A stretch of DNA of 64,000 nt from an uncultured virus (IMG/VR IMGVR_UViG_3300035181_003152) (lineage: Duplodnaviria; Heunggongvirae; Uroviricota; Caudoviricetes), in IMG/VR virus record IMGVR_UViG_3300035181_003152. One strand, given 5' to 3'. Under the pieces are notes generated by a model. That model saw only the letters and a program-made list of their open reading frames with translations. It was not told the DNA's origin and did not search any database. This document shows, one piece after another, positions 35,595 to 46,290 of the stretch. Every line of letters starts with the position of its first letter. Within the stretch, counting starts at the first letter, position 1. The position numbers were made by a program, and so were the translations under genes.

Positions 35595-37187
35595 TTGCTC
35601 CTCGACGTCCTCAGCGCTCAGCACCCCTCCTACACGCCCGCGGTGTGGGCGAAGTACGACGCGCTCTACCGCGGCGGCGAGGCGTTCCGCGCGTGCATTG
35701 ACGCGTTCCTGCCGCAGAATCCGCAGGAGCCGGCCACCGTCTACGCGGCCCGCAAGACGGAAGCCCCGTACACCGGGTACGTCGGCCCGATCTGCGACTG
35801 GTTCGCCGCCAAGCTCTTCTCCGCCTCGCTCGTCGTCCGCGCCACGAACGCGACCGGCGAGCACGTCGACGCCGACCCCTTCTACGCCGCGTGGAAAGAG
35901 GACGTCGACGGCGCCGGCACCGACCTCGTCGACTTCGTCCGCGCGAGCTTCACCAGCGCGCTCGTCAAGGGCCGCTCGTGGTGGTGCGTCGAGCTCCCCG
36001 ATGACGGCGAGGGCGAGCCGATCAACGCCGCGCACTGGAAAGCCCGTGGGCTCGGCGACGCCTACGTCTACAGCCTAGAGAACGAGCAGGTCCTCGACTT
36101 CGCCGTCGATGGTCGCGGTGAGCTCACCTGGGCCATCGTCGCCGACGTCGACACGCCGCGCGACCTCCCCACCGACAAGCGCAGCCGCATCGTCGAGACG
36201 TGGCGCGTCTACGACCGGACGAACGTCGAGACGTTCCGGATCTCCTACGACCCGGCGGTCAACGAGCAGCGGCCCACCAGCGCGCCGAGCATCGACAAGC
36301 GCCCGCACGGCTTTCAGCGCGTGCCCCTCGTGGCCCTCGGCTTCGTCGGCACCAAGGCGGTCAAGATCCGCGTCGGCGCGCGCACCGTCCTCGTGGGCGG
36401 CTCCAAGATGGAGGGCTTCTGGCTGCTGAGCCGGCTGGCCGATCCGCAGATCGCCCACTTCCGTAATTCAGCCGCCCTCGACTGGAACATCAAGCGCACC
36501 TGCTACGCGATGCCGGTGTTCGAGATCGGCGACGAGGACAAGCCGCCCGTCATGGGCGCCGGCTATTTCATCCAGCTCGCCCCAGGCGACAAGGCCAATT
36601 GGATTGGCCCGCCGACTCAGCATCTCGATGTGCTCGCCAAGCGCGTCGACAGCCTCAAGGACGAGATCTACCGCGTCGCCAACCAGATGGCGCAGGGCGT
36701 GAGCAACAACGCCGCCGCCATCGGGCGGAGCGGCGAGAGCAAGCAGGCCGACGCCAACAGCACCGAGGTGGTGCTCCGCGTCTACGGCGCCATCGCTCGC
36801 GAGGCCATCGAGCGCACGTACAGTCTGCTGGCCGAAGGGCGCGGCGATCCGGTCGGCTGGTCCATCGAGGGCTTCGACACCTTTTCGCTCAGCGACGCCA
36901 CGCAGGTGGTCGCCGCCGCGCTCGACGTCCAGGCGCTCGACGTCCCCTCGGCGACCTTCCGCCGCGAGCTCATGTACCGCGTGGCGGACGCCTTCCTCCC
37001 GAACGCGGACCAGGCCACCAAGGACGCCATCCGCAGCGAGATCGACTCTGGGGTGACCGACGAGGAGACGGCCGAGCCGCCGATGGTACCTGCCGAAGCG
37101 GACGAGCCGGAAGTCGACGACGAGCCGGAGCCGCCCGGCAGCCAGCGCGAGCCTGTTCTCCCTGACCTCACCACCACCAAGCCGTGA
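35595..37187 (+). CDS. Portal protein (DUF4055-like)
   Basis: Follows TerL; HPSY...LYRGG...FLP..P.E....YAARK, RSGESK. Confidence 0.85.
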   Translation: MLLDVLSAQHPSYTPAVWAKYDALYRGGEAFRACIDAFLPQNPQEPATVYAARKTEAPYTGYVGPICDWFAAKLFSASLVVRATNATGEHVDADPFYAAWKEDVDGAGTDLVDFVRASFTSALVKGRSWWCVELPDDGEGEPINAAHWKARGLGDAYVYSLENEQVLDFAVDGRGELTWAIVADVDTPRDLPTDKRSRIVETWRVYDRTNVETFRISYDPAVNEQRPTSAPSIDKRPHGFQRVPLVALGFVGTKAVKIRVGARTVLVGGSKMEGFWLLSRLADPQIAHFRNSAALDWNIKRTCYAMPVFEIGDEDKPPVMGAGYFIQLAPGDKANWIGPPTQHLDVLAKRVDSLKDEIYRVANQMAQGVSNNAAAIGRSGESKQADANSTEVVLRVYGAIAREAIERTYSLLAEGRGDPVGWSIEGFDTFSLSDATQVVAAALDVQALDVPSATFRRELMYRVADAFLPNADQATKDAIRSEIDSGVTDEETAEPPMVPAEADEPEVDDEPEPPGSQREPVLPDLTTTKP

Positions 37188-38032
37188 CCCCTCTTCGCCT
37201 CACCCCCTCGCCCGCCCAGCGCCGCCTCGCACGAGTCGGCCAGCGGGCGATGCTGGCGACCGAGGCCGCTGCGCTCGACGAGCTCCAGGCCGCCGCCCAG
37301 CGAGCGCTCCTGGACGTCGTCCAGGCCGCACAGCACGAACAGGACCCTCAGCGGGCACGCCTCCGCGCCCTCGCCGCTCTCCGCTCCGCGAGCGAGCGGC
37401 TCCGCGGCGACGTGGCCCGCGTCATCCTCGCCGGTCGCCACGGCGCCCGCGCCGACGCCGCCAAGCAGCTCGGCGCGGAGCTCGCCGCGGCCGCCCAGAC
37501 GCTCAAGGTCGCCATCAAAACGCCCGGCCCCGCCGACCGCGCCGACGATGAGCACCGCGCCGCAGCGGCCGCCGACAGTTACGTGGCCGCCTGGCGCGCC
37601 GGCGTAGCGGCCGCGCTCAGCAAGTGGCTGGCCGATGAGCAGCGCCCGCCGTTGGCCACCGCGCTCGGCACAGCGACCACGCAGCAAGATCACCGCCTCC
37701 GCCGCCTCGCCGCGACCGAGGTGCCGCAGGCCTACTCCGCGGAGCACGCCGCGCGCGCCGACCAGATCGCCGAGCAGCACCGCGGCGCCAAATGGCTCGT
37801 GCTGCTGGTCAAGGTCTGGGACGCCACGCTCGACAAGAAGCTGTGCGCCGTGTGCGCTGGCATGAATGGCCGCTGGGCTGTCGTCGGCCTCAAGTTCAAG
37901 GGCGGCTTACTCCCTGGCAGCGTGCACGCGCACTGCCGCTGTCAAAGCAGCCTGCTGGTGATGAAGCCCGGTGTCCTGATCCCCGGCTCCGCCTACCTCG
38001 GCGCCTCCGCTGGCCACGCCTTCGCGGCCTAA
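37184..38032 (+). CDS. Head morphogenesis protein (MuF/SPP1 gp7-like)
   Basis: RLAATE, KVWDATLD..CAVC, HAHCRC. Confidence 0.85.
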   Translation: MTPLRLTPSPAQRRLARVGQRAMLATEAAALDELQAAAQRALLDVVQAAQHEQDPQRARLRALAALRSASERLRGDVARVILAGRHGARADAAKQLGAELAAAAQTLKVAIKTPGPADRADDEHRAAAAADSYVAAWRAGVAAALSKWLADEQRPPLATALGTATTQQDHRLRRLAATEVPQAYSAEHAARADQIAEQHRGAKWLVLLVKVWDATLDKKLCAVCAGMNGRWAVVGLKFKGGLLPGSVHAHCRCQSSLLVMKPGVLIPGSAYLGASAGHAFAA

Positions 38033-38137
38033 AGCTACCTCGCTCCGCCTCACCGCAGAGCGCATCTCGCATCCACAACAACGGTCGCAAGGCCGCACAC
38101 GCCACGCAGGGACGGCCCCCGCGTGAACGGAGGTCAC

Positions 38138-38875
38138 ATGCCGGACGCCACCGGGGGCGTTGCCCCGAACGCAGAAGAACAAGACAAGGCGCTCCAAACC
38201 AGACTGACGGCGATGTTCGAAAAGCTGCTCCCCGGAGTGGTCAATTCGGCCGTCACCAGCCAGCTCAAGCGCGTCACCAAGAGCTTCGACGAGAAGCTGG
38301 CCGCGCTCGCTCCCAAGCCCGCCGCGGAAGTGGAAGGCGAAGAGGTCGAGGTCGAGTCCAAAGGCGCCAAGCCCAAGCCCACCGCGTCCGTTGCCGAGGT
38401 GACCAAGCCGGCTGACGATCCGCGCATCGCCGCCCTGCAAAAGCAGTTGGCGAAGATGCAGGCCGACAGCGAGGCCGCCACCAAGCTCGCGCAGACCGAG
38501 CGCCGCCAGCGCCTCGAGTCGGACGGCCACTCTGCGGTGCGCAAGGCGCTCTCTGGCAAGGTGATCGCCGGCTCCGAGGACACCGTCCTCGCGGCGCTCC
38601 GCGGGCGCAACGCCATCACCATCGGTGACAACGGCGATGTCCGCGTGCGCCTCGGCGTGCAGGGCGAGCCCGAAGAGGGCCACGACATCACCGAAGGCAT
38701 CGGCGCCTTCCTGAAATCTCCCGAGGCCGCGTTCTTCACCCCAGCGCCAAACGGCGGGGCCGGTGGTGCGAAGCGCGGAACTCAGACCGGCGCACCTCGC
38801 GCCGGGGCCGCCTCCGAATCCACGGAGACGAAGTTCGAGGCCAAGTTCGGCAAGCCCATCGCGGACTTGATCTGA
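38138..38875 (+). CDS. Putative head scaffolding protein
   Basis: Charged coiled coil before the capsid gene; GGAGG RBS. Confidence 0.7.
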   Translation: MPDATGGVAPNAEEQDKALQTRLTAMFEKLLPGVVNSAVTSQLKRVTKSFDEKLAALAPKPAAEVEGEEVEVESKGAKPKPTASVAEVTKPADDPRIAALQKQLAKMQADSEAATKLAQTERRQRLESDGHSAVRKALSGKVIAGSEDTVLAALRGRNAITIGDNGDVRVRLGVQGEPEEGHDITEGIGAFLKSPEAAFFTPAPNGGAGGAKRGTQTGAPRAGAASESTETKFEAKFGKPIADLI

Positions 38876-38916
38876 ACGCAGCCGCACGCCCCGCCCCCTG
38901 CTGAAAGCACACTCCC

Positions 38917-39945
38917 ATGGCTGATGTCCCCGTTACCGTCGCTCTCCTCGTTCTCGCGCAGAATTACCGCGGACGGCTGACCAAGCAGATCAACCGTCGC
39001 TGCGTCACGCTGCGCACCCTCCCGATCGTCGTCGGCGCGGGGCTCAACGTCGCGTTCGGCGTCCAGACGGGCGGCGCGATCGCCGAGAACTACGCCGAGG
39101 GCGCGGACGCCACCAACTACGGCAGCGACGGCGAGGTGCCGGTCACCCTCAACTGGGGCCTCTACCGCGCGCCGTTCCACATCACCGAGCACGCGCGCCG
39201 CGTCGCCGCGAGCACGCTCACGCCGGACGGTGTGCAGAACATCGTGAGCAACAAGATGGAGGCCTCGTCGAGCAAGCTCGCCGACACCATCAACACCGCG
39301 CTCTTCACCGGCGCCGGCACGGGCACAACGATCGCCGGATTCGACGTCGCCATCGGCTCGCTGGTCAACACCTACGGCGGCATCGACCGCACCGTCGGGG
39401 CCAACGCGTACTGGCTCCCCTACGTCATCGACCCCGGTTCGCTCACGGCGCTCACGCTCGCGCAAATCCGCACCGACCTCGGCAAGATCCGCGACGCGGG
39501 CGGTGAGTGTCCCGACGTCGCCTACGTGTCGACCGACGTCTACAACGTCGTCGCCGGCCTGTTCGACGACAACCGCTTCTACACGCAGAACATCCAGACG
39601 GCGCGCGGCGAGATCATCCTCGACGCCAGCCAGAAGGGCATCGTGGTCGATGGCTGCACGTTCCTCCCGGAGCGCTCGGCGCCTGCGAATACGATCTACT
39701 ACGTCAACACGAACTACGCGCAGATCGAGGCTCTCCCGCCCGACCCGCGCGCGCTCGCCGAGGTCGTCTCGCTGGGCGGCGTGGAGATGAACGCCGACGA
39801 CGGCTACGGCCCGACGCCGCTCTCCATGGTCTGTGAGAAGCTCGGCCGCACCGGCGCCAGCGACAAGTACGAGATGCTCTCGACGCTGCAGCTCAAGGTG
39901 CTCCGCCCCAACACCTGCGGCGTGCGCAAGAACGTCGCGACCTGA
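38917..39945 (+). CDS. Major capsid protein
   Basis: 342 aa; position; YGGIDR...W motif; HK97-like C-terminal pattern. Confidence 0.85.
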   Translation: MADVPVTVALLVLAQNYRGRLTKQINRRCVTLRTLPIVVGAGLNVAFGVQTGGAIAENYAEGADATNYGSDGEVPVTLNWGLYRAPFHITEHARRVAASTLTPDGVQNIVSNKMEASSSKLADTINTALFTGAGTGTTIAGFDVAIGSLVNTYGGIDRTVGANAYWLPYVIDPGSLTALTLAQIRTDLGKIRDAGGECPDVAYVSTDVYNVVAGLFDDNRFYTQNIQTARGEIILDASQKGIVVDGCTFLPERSAPANTIYYVNTNYAQIEALPPDPRALAEVVSLGGVEMNADDGYGPTPLSMVCEKLGRTGASDKYEMLSTLQLKVLRPNTCGVRKNVAT

Positions 39946-40008
39946 TCCGGTCCCCGAACCACCACCTTTAACGGGCCTGCTCGCTGGGCCCACTTCGGGA
40001 GATCTCTC

Positions 40009-40539
40009 ATGGCCACGACTGTTCGAAACACTTCGCCCGCGATCCGCGCGGCGCTCGTCACCGCGCACAACACGATGCGCCGCGACATGCTCCGCACGCG
40101 CGGAGGGCTCGTCTTCCACGCTGATGCCTCCACGCCGGTGTCGCTCGCCGATATCGTCACGGGCTCGACGCTCGCGGTCCAGGTCGCCTTCGTGGCGGCC
40201 CTCTCCGCGGCCTACGTCGCGCACATCGCCAGCGCCTGCTCGGCGACCACCGGCCAGGGCGCGCATATCAGCGCGGACGCCACCAACGTCTTCACGACGC
40301 CGGCGGGGACCGACCTCGCGACCTGCTACGCGCGCGTCAACGAGCTCAAGGCGATCTTCAACTTGCACCGCGTGTCGACCACCTTCCACCCGGTCGCCGA
40401 CGGCACCAACGTCATCGCGTCGACCGATGCGACGACGGCAGCAACGCTGGCCACGCTCGGCGTCGAGCTCAAGACGGACATCAACGCGCACTACGTCGCG
40501 GCGTTCGCCACGCCCGCGCTCAACGTGGTGGCCCGGTGA
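40009..40539 (+). CDS. Putative head-associated protein made mostly of the His-repeat module
   Basis: Follows the capsid gene; three helix-His repeats. Confidence 0.7.
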   Translation: MATTVRNTSPAIRAALVTAHNTMRRDMLRTRGGLVFHADASTPVSLADIVTGSTLAVQVAFVAALSAAYVAHIASACSATTGQGAHISADATNVFTTPAGTDLATCYARVNELKAIFNLHRVSTTFHPVADGTNVIASTDATTAATLATLGVELKTDINAHYVAAFATPALNVVAR

Positions 40540-41108
40540 GCCGCTTCCGCAACGACAACGAGCACGCGCTCAGTTTCGAGTTCGGCGGCAAGCGCCACGA
40601 CGTCGAGCCGGGCGGCGAGATCTCCATCGCTCCCAAGCTCGCCTTCGCGGTCCTCAAAATGGGCCTGCCGCTCACCGCGGTGGACTCCGACGAGGATGAG
40701 CTCGCCCAGGCGGCGAGCGACGAGCGGCCCGTCGAGCCGACCGCGCTGCTGTGGCACGGGCGCGCGGTGGAACAGCGCAGGCTGCTCGTCGCCACGCAGG
40801 GCCAGCTCACGACGGTGGAGCAGCGGCTCGCCGCGGCCGACGAGGAGATCTCGCGGCAGTCCAGCGCGCTGCTCACCCTCGGCGAGAGCCTGGCCACGGC
40901 GCTCGTCACCAGCGGCCAGTTCGAACGTGAGCGCAACACGCTCAAGGACGAGCTCGCCACCGTCATCGCGGAGAAGTCCGCGCTGCTCGTCAAGGCGACC
41001 GCGCTCGAGGAGGCGGCCACCGCGCCGGCCGAGACCACGTCCGCGCCGGCTGGCAAAAAGGGCAAGGGCACCCCGCCCGCGCCCACCGACGTCACGCCCA
41101 CGCCCTGA
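40536..41108 (+). CDS. Hypothetical head-region protein with coiled coil
   Basis: GTGA-coupled. Confidence 0.7.
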   Translation: MSRFRNDNEHALSFEFGGKRHDVEPGGEISIAPKLAFAVLKMGLPLTAVDSDEDELAQAASDERPVEPTALLWHGRAVEQRRLLVATQGQLTTVEQRLAAADEEISRQSSALLTLGESLATALVTSGQFERERNTLKDELATVIAEKSALLVKATALEEAATAPAETTSAPAGKKGKGTPPAPTDVTPTP

Positions 41109-41111
41109 GCC

Positions 41112-41534
41112 ATGGCCTTCACCACCCCCCAGGAAACGCAGATCCGAAAGTGGCTGGGCTTCCCCGCCCTCTTTCGGTTCCGCGACGTGCGCCTGGAGTC
41201 GGCGATCACGATCGTCGGCGGCGACGTCGACGCGTCCGCCGAGGTGGTGACGGTCCTCGGCGCGCTCGCCGTCCTCGACGCCGACATCATCTCGTCGGTG
41301 TCGATGGCTGGCATCAAGCAGGCCGACGAGGTCCAGTTCTTCGAAGGCAAGAGCAAGACGGGCACGGCCCTCACCGACGCGCAGCAGCGCCAAGGGCGGA
41401 TGCTGTGCTCGCGGCTCTCCACGCTCTTCGGCGTCCCGCTCGCCAACGACGCCTTCGGCACCAAGGGCTACAGCGGCGATTGGTGGATGGGCGCTCAATT
41501 CCAGGGGAGCGGCGGCGTCACGCCGCTCGGCTGA
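41112..41534 (+). CDS. Putative head-tail adaptor
   Basis: Position and size; MAFT..QETQIRKWLG.P. Confidence 0.65.
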   Translation: MAFTTPQETQIRKWLGFPALFRFRDVRLESAITIVGGDVDASAEVVTVLGALAVLDADIISSVSMAGIKQADEVQFFEGKSKTGTALTDAQQRQGRMLCSRLSTLFGVPLANDAFGTKGYSGDWWMGAQFQGSGGVTPLG

Positions 41535-41537
41535 GCT

Positions 41538-41993
41538 GTGGCAATTCTTGCTGACCTCCTCAAGCAACGGCTGCAGACCATCCGGGGCATTCAAGGCACG
41601 TTCGGGCTCCGGCCCAACAGCGTCTCCGTCGTCACCCGCACCTGGGCCAGCGGCCGCGTCGGCAAAGGCACCTTCGACGACGGCGTCCCGCTGGTCCTCA
41701 CGCCGACGCCGATGGTCCGCGAGGTCTCCACGCGCGAGGTCGCCTCGAGCGGCGGGCGCTTCGAGACAGGCGATCTCCGCGTCGGCCCCATCACGCCGGC
41801 GTACCCTGGCCCGCCGCCGGGCGGCTACACGACCGCGCAGGTGGCTCCCGAGGTCACCCCTGATCAAAAAGGCGTTGAGGTGATCTACCTGGTCACCGGC
41901 TCCGACGCGGGCGAGTACAGCCGCATCTCGCTCAACAGTGACTTCGCGCTCCACTACACGCTGACGCTACGGCGCAGCAACAGGACGCCGTGA
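41538..41993 (+). CDS. Putative head closure/stopper protein
   Basis: Position; beta-rich; GDLRVGPITP. Confidence 0.6.
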   Translation: MAILADLLKQRLQTIRGIQGTFGLRPNSVSVVTRTWASGRVGKGTFDDGVPLVLTPTPMVREVSTREVASSGGRFETGDLRVGPITPAYPGPPPGGYTTAQVAPEVTPDQKGVEVIYLVTGSDAGEYSRISLNSDFALHYTLTLRRSNRTP

Positions 41994-41996
41994 GCC

Positions 41997-42542
41997 GTGG
42001 CCGGCCAGCGCAAGCGCGTCTCCGCCAAAAACTTCGCCGCCATGCTCCGCAAGGACATGGAACAGCTCAAGAAGAACGTCATCACGGCGACGCACAAGAC
42101 GGCTGACCTCGGCCGCGTCATCGCCTTCACCAAGGCGCCGGTCGCCTTCGCCGAACTGCGCGACGGCATCATCGACGTGAAGCTCCCCGCGGGCGCGCTC
42201 ATCGTCTCCACGGCGCCCTACTCCGCCGCCGTCGAGGAGGGCAGCCGCCCGCACATGCCGCCCATCGCACCGCTCGTCGAGTGGGTGCGCCTCCGCGGCA
42301 CGCAAGGGCTCGACGTCGGCGCCGGAGCCACCGGGCACCCGGGCCGCGTGGCCGCCTCGATTGCCAGTCACGGCAACGGCACCTCGACACCCGTCGATGC
42401 TGCCGTCCGCGTCGCTTGGGCCATCGCTCTCGGCATCAAGAAGCGCGGCACCAAGCCCACCTGGTTCATGCGGCGCAGCTTGCCGGAGGTGGAAGCGCTG
42501 CTCGACGGCTACATCAAAGGCTTCCTCGAAGATCCGCTATGA
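41997..42542 (+). CDS. HK97 gp10-like neck protein
   Basis: APV...LR, APYSAAVEEGSRPH, RGTKPTWFM. Confidence 0.8.
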   Translation: MAGQRKRVSAKNFAAMLRKDMEQLKKNVITATHKTADLGRVIAFTKAPVAFAELRDGIIDVKLPAGALIVSTAPYSAAVEEGSRPHMPPIAPLVEWVRLRGTQGLDVGAGATGHPGRVAASIASHGNGTSTPVDAAVRVAWAIALGIKKRGTKPTWFMRRSLPEVEALLDGYIKGFLEDPL

Positions 42543-43576
42543 CCACCGCCCTCCAGGTCTCGATCGAGCAAGCGTCGATGAACGCGCTCGCGGCCTGGCT
42601 GGTCAAGAACCTGCCGGCTTACAGCTACGACGCGCAGACCAAAACCGACAGCGGCGTCCGCGTCGATGACCGCTGGCCAGACCCCGATCGCAGCTTGCCC
42701 GGCCGCGGCGTGACCATCCTCCGCGCCGGCCCCGCCGCCGATACCGAGACCCAGCCCGACGTGGTCGACCACGAGGCCATCCACGACGGGATATCTGCCG
42801 TGCTGCGCTTCGCCGCCCCCGTCGACGTGGCCACGTGCTGCGTCGTCCTCAACGCCTGCGCAGCCTCCTACGAGGCGCACCGCGTCGACGTCGTCGCGCA
42901 CGCCGCGACCGACGCCACCACCGCGGTCACCGCGCCGACGGCTGTCGACCAGACCACCGCCGAGGCGCTCGCCGACGATCTCCGCGCTGTCCTCGTGGCG
43001 CACCGCCGCTCGAGCGCGCACCTCCACCCCGACGCGTCGCCCGCCCTGCTCACGCTGGGCCCAGTCACCCCGGGCTCCACGCCGCTGCTCATCGCCACCA
43101 CCAAGGCGCTGCAGGCCGCGCTGAGCAGCCACTACGTCGCGCGCATCTACCTCTGGCGCGTCGCCGAGCTCGACCTCCCGCTCCAGCTCGACGTCTGGGC
43201 CACCAACGACACCGGCCGCGACGACGTCATGGCCCGGCTCGCTGGCATCCTCCACGCCGGTGCAGGTGCCAGCACGGGCGACATCGACGACGATCCTGTC
43301 GCCCAAGCGCTGACGCTCACCGTCGGCGACGGGTGGACCGGAGCGCAAGCCGAGGTGGCCTTTGGCGCCCCCAGCGTGACCGACACCGGCGAGAGCAAGC
43401 AGCGCGACGAGTACCGCGCCACCTACCGCGGGACGCTCACCGTCGCTCGGCTCGTTCGGGCCCAGTCGCCGCGCCTCACCCGCGCGCAGCTCCTCCTCGC
43501 CACCAGCACCGGCCACGCCGCGTCGGCCACCGTCGCCCGCGTCGGTACGACAACGACCTCCACCATCGTTCCCTGA
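42539..43576 (+). CDS. Putative tail terminator with inserted His-repeat module
   Basis: Before the sheath gene; LQLDVWA...RDDVM motif; insertion at about 42815-43140. Confidence 0.65.
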   Translation: MTTALQVSIEQASMNALAAWLVKNLPAYSYDAQTKTDSGVRVDDRWPDPDRSLPGRGVTILRAGPAADTETQPDVVDHEAIHDGISAVLRFAAPVDVATCCVVLNACAASYEAHRVDVVAHAATDATTAVTAPTAVDQTTAEALADDLRAVLVAHRRSSAHLHPDASPALLTLGPVTPGSTPLLIATTKALQAALSSHYVARIYLWRVAELDLPLQLDVWATNDTGRDDVMARLAGILHAGAGASTGDIDDDPVAQALTLTVGDGWTGAQAEVAFGAPSVTDTGESKQRDEYRATYRGTLTVARLVRAQSPRLTRAQLLLATSTGHAASATVARVGTTTTSTIVP

Positions 43577-43597
43577 CTCCCCTTCGAGGACGCCACC

Positions 43598-45112
43598 ATG
43601 TCGCTTTTCGTCACCTCCAAGTCCAGCGCCACGCGCCACGGCGTCTTCGCCATCAAGGCCACGCCGCCGTCGCAGATTCGCGCGACTGGCACGTCACGCG
43701 TGGCGATCGTGGGCTCGTTCCCCTGGGGGCCGAAGGACACCTTGATGCAGCCGGCCAGCCTGGCCGAGCTCAAGCAGCTCGTCGCCCCGCGCGGCTTCAC
43801 GCGCACCGGGTACGCATACCTCGCGCTGCTCTGCATGGCGTTCCCCGACATCGTCGCGGTCCGCGCGCTGGGCTCGACGGCCAGCAAGGCGTCCAAGAGC
43901 ATCTCCGACGTGGTGCCCACGGCGATCATCACCGTCACGGCGAAGTACGAAGGCACGGGCATCAACAGCGCGGTGATCACCGTCGCTGCGGCCACCGACG
44001 GCAACGCCAACCACTTCAACCTTTCGGTGAGTATTTCCAGCGCGAGCGGCGATACCACTGACCTCTGCGAGAACGTCAACTACAGCGGCACCGGCGCCGA
44101 CAGCGTGTTCACGGCCGCCGATATCGCGCGCCTCCAGCTCATCGCGCCGCCCACCAAGCTCGCCGCGGGTCGCCCGCTCAACGGCACCTACGCCTTCACC
44201 ACCGCAGGCACCGACGGCACGATCAACGCGGCCGCGTACGTCGGCACGGCGGGCTCCGGCGACAAGGGCATCGCGATCCTCGAGACCGATCCCAACGTCC
44301 GCCACGTCTTCTGCGACTACCCCGGCTCAGGCGCGATCGCTGCCGTCGATGCTGGTCTGCTCGCCCATCAGGCCCTCATGGGCGACCGCTGCGTCTACGT
44401 CAACGGCGTCCCCGCGCAGTCGGCCAGCGCGGTCCAGGCTGACGTCGCGAGCTACCGCGGCGCCGGCGTCGCCTACGTCGACCCGTGGGCGTACGTGTAC
44501 GACGACACCACGCAGGCCGAGCAGCTCGTGCCGCCGGCTGTCTTCGCGGCCGGGCTTGCGGCTCAGCTCGCGCCGTCCACCAGCATCGCGTGGAAGGCCG
44601 CCGAAGTGCAGCGCGCGCTGGGCGCCATCGTCCGCCTCGAGACGCCGCGCGGGATGGCCGCCGCGACCAATTCCGCGCTCGGTATCACCACGCTCGTCGC
44701 CGGCCCCAAGGGCGGCTTCGTCTTCGAGGCCTCGCCGAACACGATCAGCGTCACCGACCCGACGCAGGCCGAGCTGACGACTACGCGAATGGACCAGTAC
44801 ATCGCGGAGAGCTTCGTCACGAGCGTCTACGGCCGCGTCGACGCGCCAAACGTCGCGAGCAACCGCGACGATCTCGCGATGGCGCTTGAGGGCTTCATGT
44901 CGACGCTCAAGGCCAACGCGGGCCGCGACCCCGACCACAACGTCCACGTCATCAACTACCAGATCCTGCCGCTGGACAGCGCCAATACGCCGCAAGACTT
45001 CGCCGCGGGCGACGTGTCGATCCCGCTCAGCGTCCAGTACTCGAACGGCATGAAGCGGATTTTCTTGATCCTCAAGAGCGGAACCGCGCCGCTCACCGTC
45101 ACGGCGCAGTGA
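43598..45112 (+). CDS. Contractile tail sheath protein
   Basis: GVF....PP..I...GT...AIVG.FPWGP, YVDPW, VPPA.FAAG. Confidence 0.9.
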   Translation: MSLFVTSKSSATRHGVFAIKATPPSQIRATGTSRVAIVGSFPWGPKDTLMQPASLAELKQLVAPRGFTRTGYAYLALLCMAFPDIVAVRALGSTASKASKSISDVVPTAIITVTAKYEGTGINSAVITVAAATDGNANHFNLSVSISSASGDTTDLCENVNYSGTGADSVFTAADIARLQLIAPPTKLAAGRPLNGTYAFTTAGTDGTINAAAYVGTAGSGDKGIAILETDPNVRHVFCDYPGSGAIAAVDAGLLAHQALMGDRCVYVNGVPAQSASAVQADVASYRGAGVAYVDPWAYVYDDTTQAEQLVPPAVFAAGLAAQLAPSTSIAWKAAEVQRALGAIVRLETPRGMAAATNSALGITTLVAGPKGGFVFEASPNTISVTDPTQAELTTTRMDQYIAESFVTSVYGRVDAPNVASNRDDLAMALEGFMSTLKANAGRDPDHNVHVINYQILPLDSANTPQDFAAGDVSIPLSVQYSNGMKRIFLILKSGTAPLTVTAQ

Positions 45113-45135
45113 CCACCTGACTCGGAGATCCCACC

Positions 45136-45561
45136 ATGGCTGACACGTTCCGCAAGGGCCGACATGCGACCCTTTCACTCTTTATCAAGGGCTCAAAAAC
45201 GGCGCCGCTCACCTCGGAGAGCTACGAGCTCAAGGAGAACGCCGAGGAGATCTCCGACGGCGTCAACGGCGAGCCGCGCGACCGGCTCGACAAGGAGATC
45301 AAGAGCTACTCGCTCACGTTGAAGTGCTTCAACGAGGACGCGGCGAAGTGGAAAGCCGTGCTCGAGTACGACGCCGCGCTCGATGACGACGATCAGCAGG
45401 CCGTCCAGTTTGGGCTGAAGCTCAAGGAAAAGAGCGGCTCCAGCTCGTTCACGCTCACCGAGTGCGTGATCGACGGCTGGTCGTGGACCGGCGGCCAAGG
45501 CCACGCGGCGCGTGCCATGCTTGATATCCCCATCCGGGGACGGTTCTTCAAGCCGCTCTGA
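45136..45561 (+). CDS. Tail tube protein
   Basis: 141 aa, directly after the sheath gene. Confidence 0.75.
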   Translation: MADTFRKGRHATLSLFIKGSKTAPLTSESYELKENAEEISDGVNGEPRDRLDKEIKSYSLTLKCFNEDAAKWKAVLEYDAALDDDDQQAVQFGLKLKEKSGSSSFTLTECVIDGWSWTGGQGHAARAMLDIPIRGRFFKPL

Positions 45562-45586
45562 TCTGTCCACCTCGCCAGGCACCACA

Positions 45587-46096
45587 ATGACCATCCAACT
45601 CCACCTCACCGGCTCCAAGGCCAAGCTCGCCCTCGTCGCCAACGCCGCCGCCGCGCAGGCGTGGGCCGCCGCGTCCGAGAAGGACCGCGGCCCCGCGCCT
45701 GCCTCCATGGCAATCCCGTGGAAGGGCTTCTCAGGCCGCGGCGTCCGCGTGCGGCTCCTCGACCCCGACGAGAAGGAGCTCGCCGCCGAGTGCGCCGCCA
45801 AGGAGACGGGCGAGGACGGCAGCAACATCAAATACAACCAGCTCCGCGCGCGTGAAGGGCTCCACCGCTGCATCGTCGAGGTGACGACGCAGGGCGAGCT
45901 CGCCGACCTCGCCACGGCGACCTGGAAAAAGGTCACGCAGCTCGACCTGGAGGGCGGCGGCGCGATGGCCTCGGCCACGCTCTTCACGGCCAAAGACCTC
46001 GACTTCCTCGCTGCCTGGTTCCGTGACAACCACGACGCCACGAGCGCCGACTTCGAGGCCATCATGGGGGAAGCCCTCGAGGTCGCCGACGGCTGA
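45587..46096 (+). CDS. Tail assembly chaperone (G)
   Basis: After the tube gene; slippery site near its 3' end. Confidence 0.7.
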   Translation: MTIQLHLTGSKAKLALVANAAAAQAWAAASEKDRGPAPASMAIPWKGFSGRGVRVRLLDPDEKELAAECAAKETGEDGSNIKYNQLRAREGLHRCIVEVTTQGELADLATATWKKVTQLDLEGGGAMASATLFTAKDLDFLAAWFRDNHDATSADFEAIMGEALEVADG

Positions 46097-46290
46097 CGCG
46101 CGGCCTCCCGAAAGCGTACTTGGCCGAGCAGTGGGAGAGGTGGAAGCTCTTCGCCCACGCAGCCCGGTACGGCAATCAGCCCCTGACTGTCGCCCTCGGC
46201 GGACGCCACCCCACCGCTTTCGAACTCGGCATCTTCTTCCGCGCACTCGACTACTGGCTTGAGGCCGAGTCCCCCGACAGCGACAAATGA
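46066..46290 (+). other. -1 programmed frameshift (GGGGGAA, 46066-46072) and GT extension frame
   Basis: The -1 frame is open (...LTRGLPKAYLAEQWERWKLFAHAARYGNQP...SDK) to a TGA overlapping the ATG at 46287. Confidence 0.8.
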
